From Selaginella moellendorffii (lineage: Eukaryota; Plantae; Lycopodiophyta): a stretch of DNA of 64,000 nt. Under the pieces are notes generated by a model, which saw only the letters and a program-made list of their open reading frames with translations, had not been told where the DNA came from and searched no databases. Shown piece after piece: positions 60,802-64,000 of this stretch (positions are counted from its first letter, which is position 1; each line of letters starts with the position of its first letter). Both the position numbers and the translations under genes were made by a program. The stretch lies in the NCBI RefSeq assembly GCF_000143415.4, contig NW_003314267.1:994909-1058908 (forward strand). Reading direction: 5' to 3'.

Positions 60802-63695
60802 GTTGAAATTGATCGATCTGATCAACTTGATTGGAGAATGGCTGCTTTTGTTTTCTACTCCTCTGTGGGTTGAGGAAACAGAGGCTGGAGAAGGGTCTTT
60901 TATACTATCCGAGCTATCAGCCACGTTTTTTTATTTCCGTGTGATCCGTATTTTGCACCATACGCGTAGCCATATACTTGGGAGAGAATTCCTTTTTGTT
61001 CTATTCGGTGCACGTTTTCCATACAATTATCTGGTCCATGCAATATATCGGTCCTACCAACTTCGTTTAAGATAGTTTCACCATCCACAAAGTAATGCGG
61101 ATAATCTTAATTACAAGGTTTCCACGAGATATAATCCCACGGGCTTTTCTTCCTTGCCTTCGCCCCTCCTCCTCCTCCTCTTCCTTCATCACGGGTTTGT
61201 ATGCCTCCCCCATGTCTTCCGGACACGACTTGATCCACTGGCTGCAAATCGGGCACTTCATCTGGATGGTCGATATTTGCACCGCGCACTCCTCACACAT
61301 GAGATGGTTGCACGGCAGCAGCGCTTTTGTTCTCGTCCCCTCCCCGCATACACTGCAGTCAGGATCATATTTATCCTGTAGCTGGCATTCGGCTTAGGCA
61401 CCGTACAGCGTACGATGGGCTGCCACCCTTCCGCCATAGCCGTGATCTTGGCCCCGAGCACGTACTTGATGGCAGCGAAGCCGTAATCTCCAACTGCCCG
61501 AATCTCCAAGGATTGTCGTGAGGATGAGATCCACGAAGGAGCCCTAGTCGAAGAACCAGCTCAATCCCAGGCCAAAGACCGTAAGCTTGTGATATTGGGG
61601 TGATCTTGGTGAGATCTGGGAAGAGTGATTGTTGATGTGTTCTTGTTGTTGCTGCCTGCTAAAGGAAGTTGTGGTTTTACTACCTTGTTGTTGCTGCCTA
61701 CCTACGTGGTTTTACTACTTTCAATCTTGATTTTTTTGTTGTTTCCATAGCAAAAAATTGTAAGAAATAGTTAACACAACTCAAGCTACTTCTCTCTACA
61801 CTTGTTATGCAGGCAACAATGACTAGTGGCTGGCTCACTGGTTTGATCGAGCATGATAGTAAGGACTTCATACTGCCACTGCTTCTTTCCCCGCTGCTGG
61901 GCGGCCTTTTAAGCGAGTTGCTCGTATTTAACCCAGGGCACAAAATGTGGAGCATAGTCATTATGTCACCAAACTTTCAAGTAATCCCCATCATTCTGTG
62001 AAGTTTTACTCATCGAGATTTGGTTCTAAGAGATAACTTGCTCAAGCTGGGCATCCTCCTCCCTCCTCCCTACAGCTGCCGCATAGATATTGGCCCTCCC
62101 CTCAAGAGTGGCAAACACTCGCCGGGCTTCCACCATGCTGCCGCATTGGCCGTAGACAAAACCAGTATAAAAGGCACATTCTCTACGATAAAAATCTCCA
62201 CACTGTCTGCGTCCTAGTTCCTGACCAAGCTCCGGCCGATTTTCAGCAGCCTCTTTAAGCCCGAGTCATTGCTCTTGATCTTGTGCGGGACGTAGATCAC
62301 TTCCACATCCGGAGGGATTGGTCTCGCTGCTATCATGCCTTGCACTCGCGGCTGGAAGCTCGCGGCCTTGATCTCTTGCTGCGAGCTTCCATCCTTTGTC
62401 GCCATCTTAGTTCTTTTTCTTTCTTTCTTCTCTCTTCGCGATTGTTTCCTCTTATCTTGCTTCGAGCTTTTGTTAAGTTTTCAGTCTTCTTCATCACTTG
62501 ATTCTTCTCGAGCTTTTGGTTTTGTTGGTTTTGGGTTTGGGTTCTCTAAAATGCAAGAAGATAAGCAACAGGAAGGACTGATATCTTTCGATTCATACAG
62601 GCTCTGTTATCCGAGGTTATCTGCGTGCAAGGAACGGAGCAAGGAACAGTAGCCACGTCTGCGAGTTAGATGGCTTTTGAGTGGTGGAACGCCTGCAACC
62701 GCCCAGAGAACTCTGTCCGTCATCAGGAAGGCGCGACCAAACTTCTTGCTTGGGCTTCCTGGACTCGCCGTTCGTTCGTGCTTCTTCTTTTTCTGATCTT
62801 GCTTGTCCAATGACTCCCCTGGCATTCCATTGTAGCAAACCTCTCCGCTTGCGCCTCGTTCTCACTGCCGGTGCCATGCTCTTCAGGTGAAAAAAAGTAC
62901 TTTTTCTCCTTTTTTGAGGCTTATAGTCGCTTTGTGTTTGATCCGGGCGCAGCGTTGAGCGGCACTAATGAAATCACTGAAAGAGGCCAGAGCTTCTCGC
63001 ATTTGTTATTTGCCACATCAGCAAATATAACTCCACGTCAGCACTAAATCAGGACCCAACATGTTCAACATGACTCAAAAGAGGAAGCGATTGATGCTTG
63101 GTTTTCATCGCATAGTTTCTTTCTTTTTTTTTTCTAGCTGAAGAGGAACAATACGTTCAGAGTAAATGCTCGTGAGTATATTGGGCTTTTCATGCTTCAC
63201 TGCAAAAGAGGGCCCTTCACACTTCACTGATTCCTGACGATCCTCCTCCACAGCTCTTACTCTTCCAGAGGAAAGTTCTTGATCAAAGTTGTGTTTCTTA
63301 TTTATTTCTTTAAAATCCAAGAAAATGCTTCTTTAATATGGTGCTACCGACCATGGTGGAGATGAACTGCACAAAGGTGGGCCGGCACCAGGCATAGGAA
63401 TAGTTTGATATACGCATTGCCTTTTGTTTTGCAACTCCCTACACACTGGATTTCGTCATCCTCGGAAACATCAGTTTGACAAAGTCAGTGTTTTTCTGCA
63501 ACTATATAAACGATCATAGCTTTGAGATCCTACCAAGCATCTCATCCCAAGCCACCAAACATTTCAGGGCAACATTTCATCTCTCAGGAGCAACAAGGAG
63601 CTTCTCAAGAAAGAACAACATCGATCTGCTAAATCTCCTGGTTTCTATCACCAAGAAAGCAAAGCGAAGAGAGTTTTCAAAACAAGATCATCTCC

Positions 63696-64000
63696 ATGTC
63701 TAGTTCCCGTGCAATTCTCCTCGCGATCCTCGTCACCATCTCTGCTGCATTCTCACTTGCCGACCCGGACGCACTCCAAGACTTTTGCGTGCGCGACACC
63801 AGCGCCACTGCCCCCATCATCAACGGCTTCACCTGCAAGCCCGCTGCCGCCACCGCCGCTGCCGACTTCAAAGTTCTCGGGCCTTCAGAAATCCGGGAAC
63901 ACCAACAACAAGCTGGAAACGCCGTCACCGCCGCAAACGTGACCTCCTTCACCGGCGATCAACACCCTCGGAGTGCTCGCTCTCGTCAGAGAGACGCGAC
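63696..64000 (+). pseudogene. Germin-like protein, partial, same frameshift; terminal bases look low quality
   Basis: TTCAAAGTT lesion present; sequence degrades after ~63915. Confidence 0.8.

Larger units (their letters stand above)
60255..64000 (+). repeat. Additional short-type array unit after the gap
   Basis: Matches ~36125-39850. Confidence 0.92.

Overview
Eukaryotic plant nuclear DNA. It is probably a lycophyte such as Selaginella; this is inferred from 44-53 nt introns, very compact intergenic spacing and PLS/DYW PPR genes. 1-11.4 kb is a nested retroelement block. It holds a young non-autonomous LTR element (1785-bp LTRs, CCAAG TSD, iMet-type PBS, 4-kb non-coding core with a dense hairpin/T-loop cluster), a solo LTR of the same family and decayed Ty3/gypsy pol. 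13.4-18.6 kb holds a 3-exon Crinkler-type REase+kinase gene, IPC synthase and a germin-like protein (GLP). 19.6-52.4 kb and 60.2-64 kb are dominated by an amplified convergent pair: a secreted GLP and an intronless MpaB/DUF2236 (latex-clearing-protein-like) heme oxygenase of a mainly bacterial/fungal family. The pair occurs once as an inverted copy and five times in a 4786/~5163-bp tandem array, with a further unit after a gap and an old decayed remnant. All six complete oxygenase ORFs are intact, whereas the GLP carries one shared frameshift in every array copy after the first. A DYW-PPR gene and a folate-receptor-family gene lie head-to-head between the inverted arms, and a PLS-E PPR gene follows the array. 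Family assignments come from motif recognition only; no searches were run.
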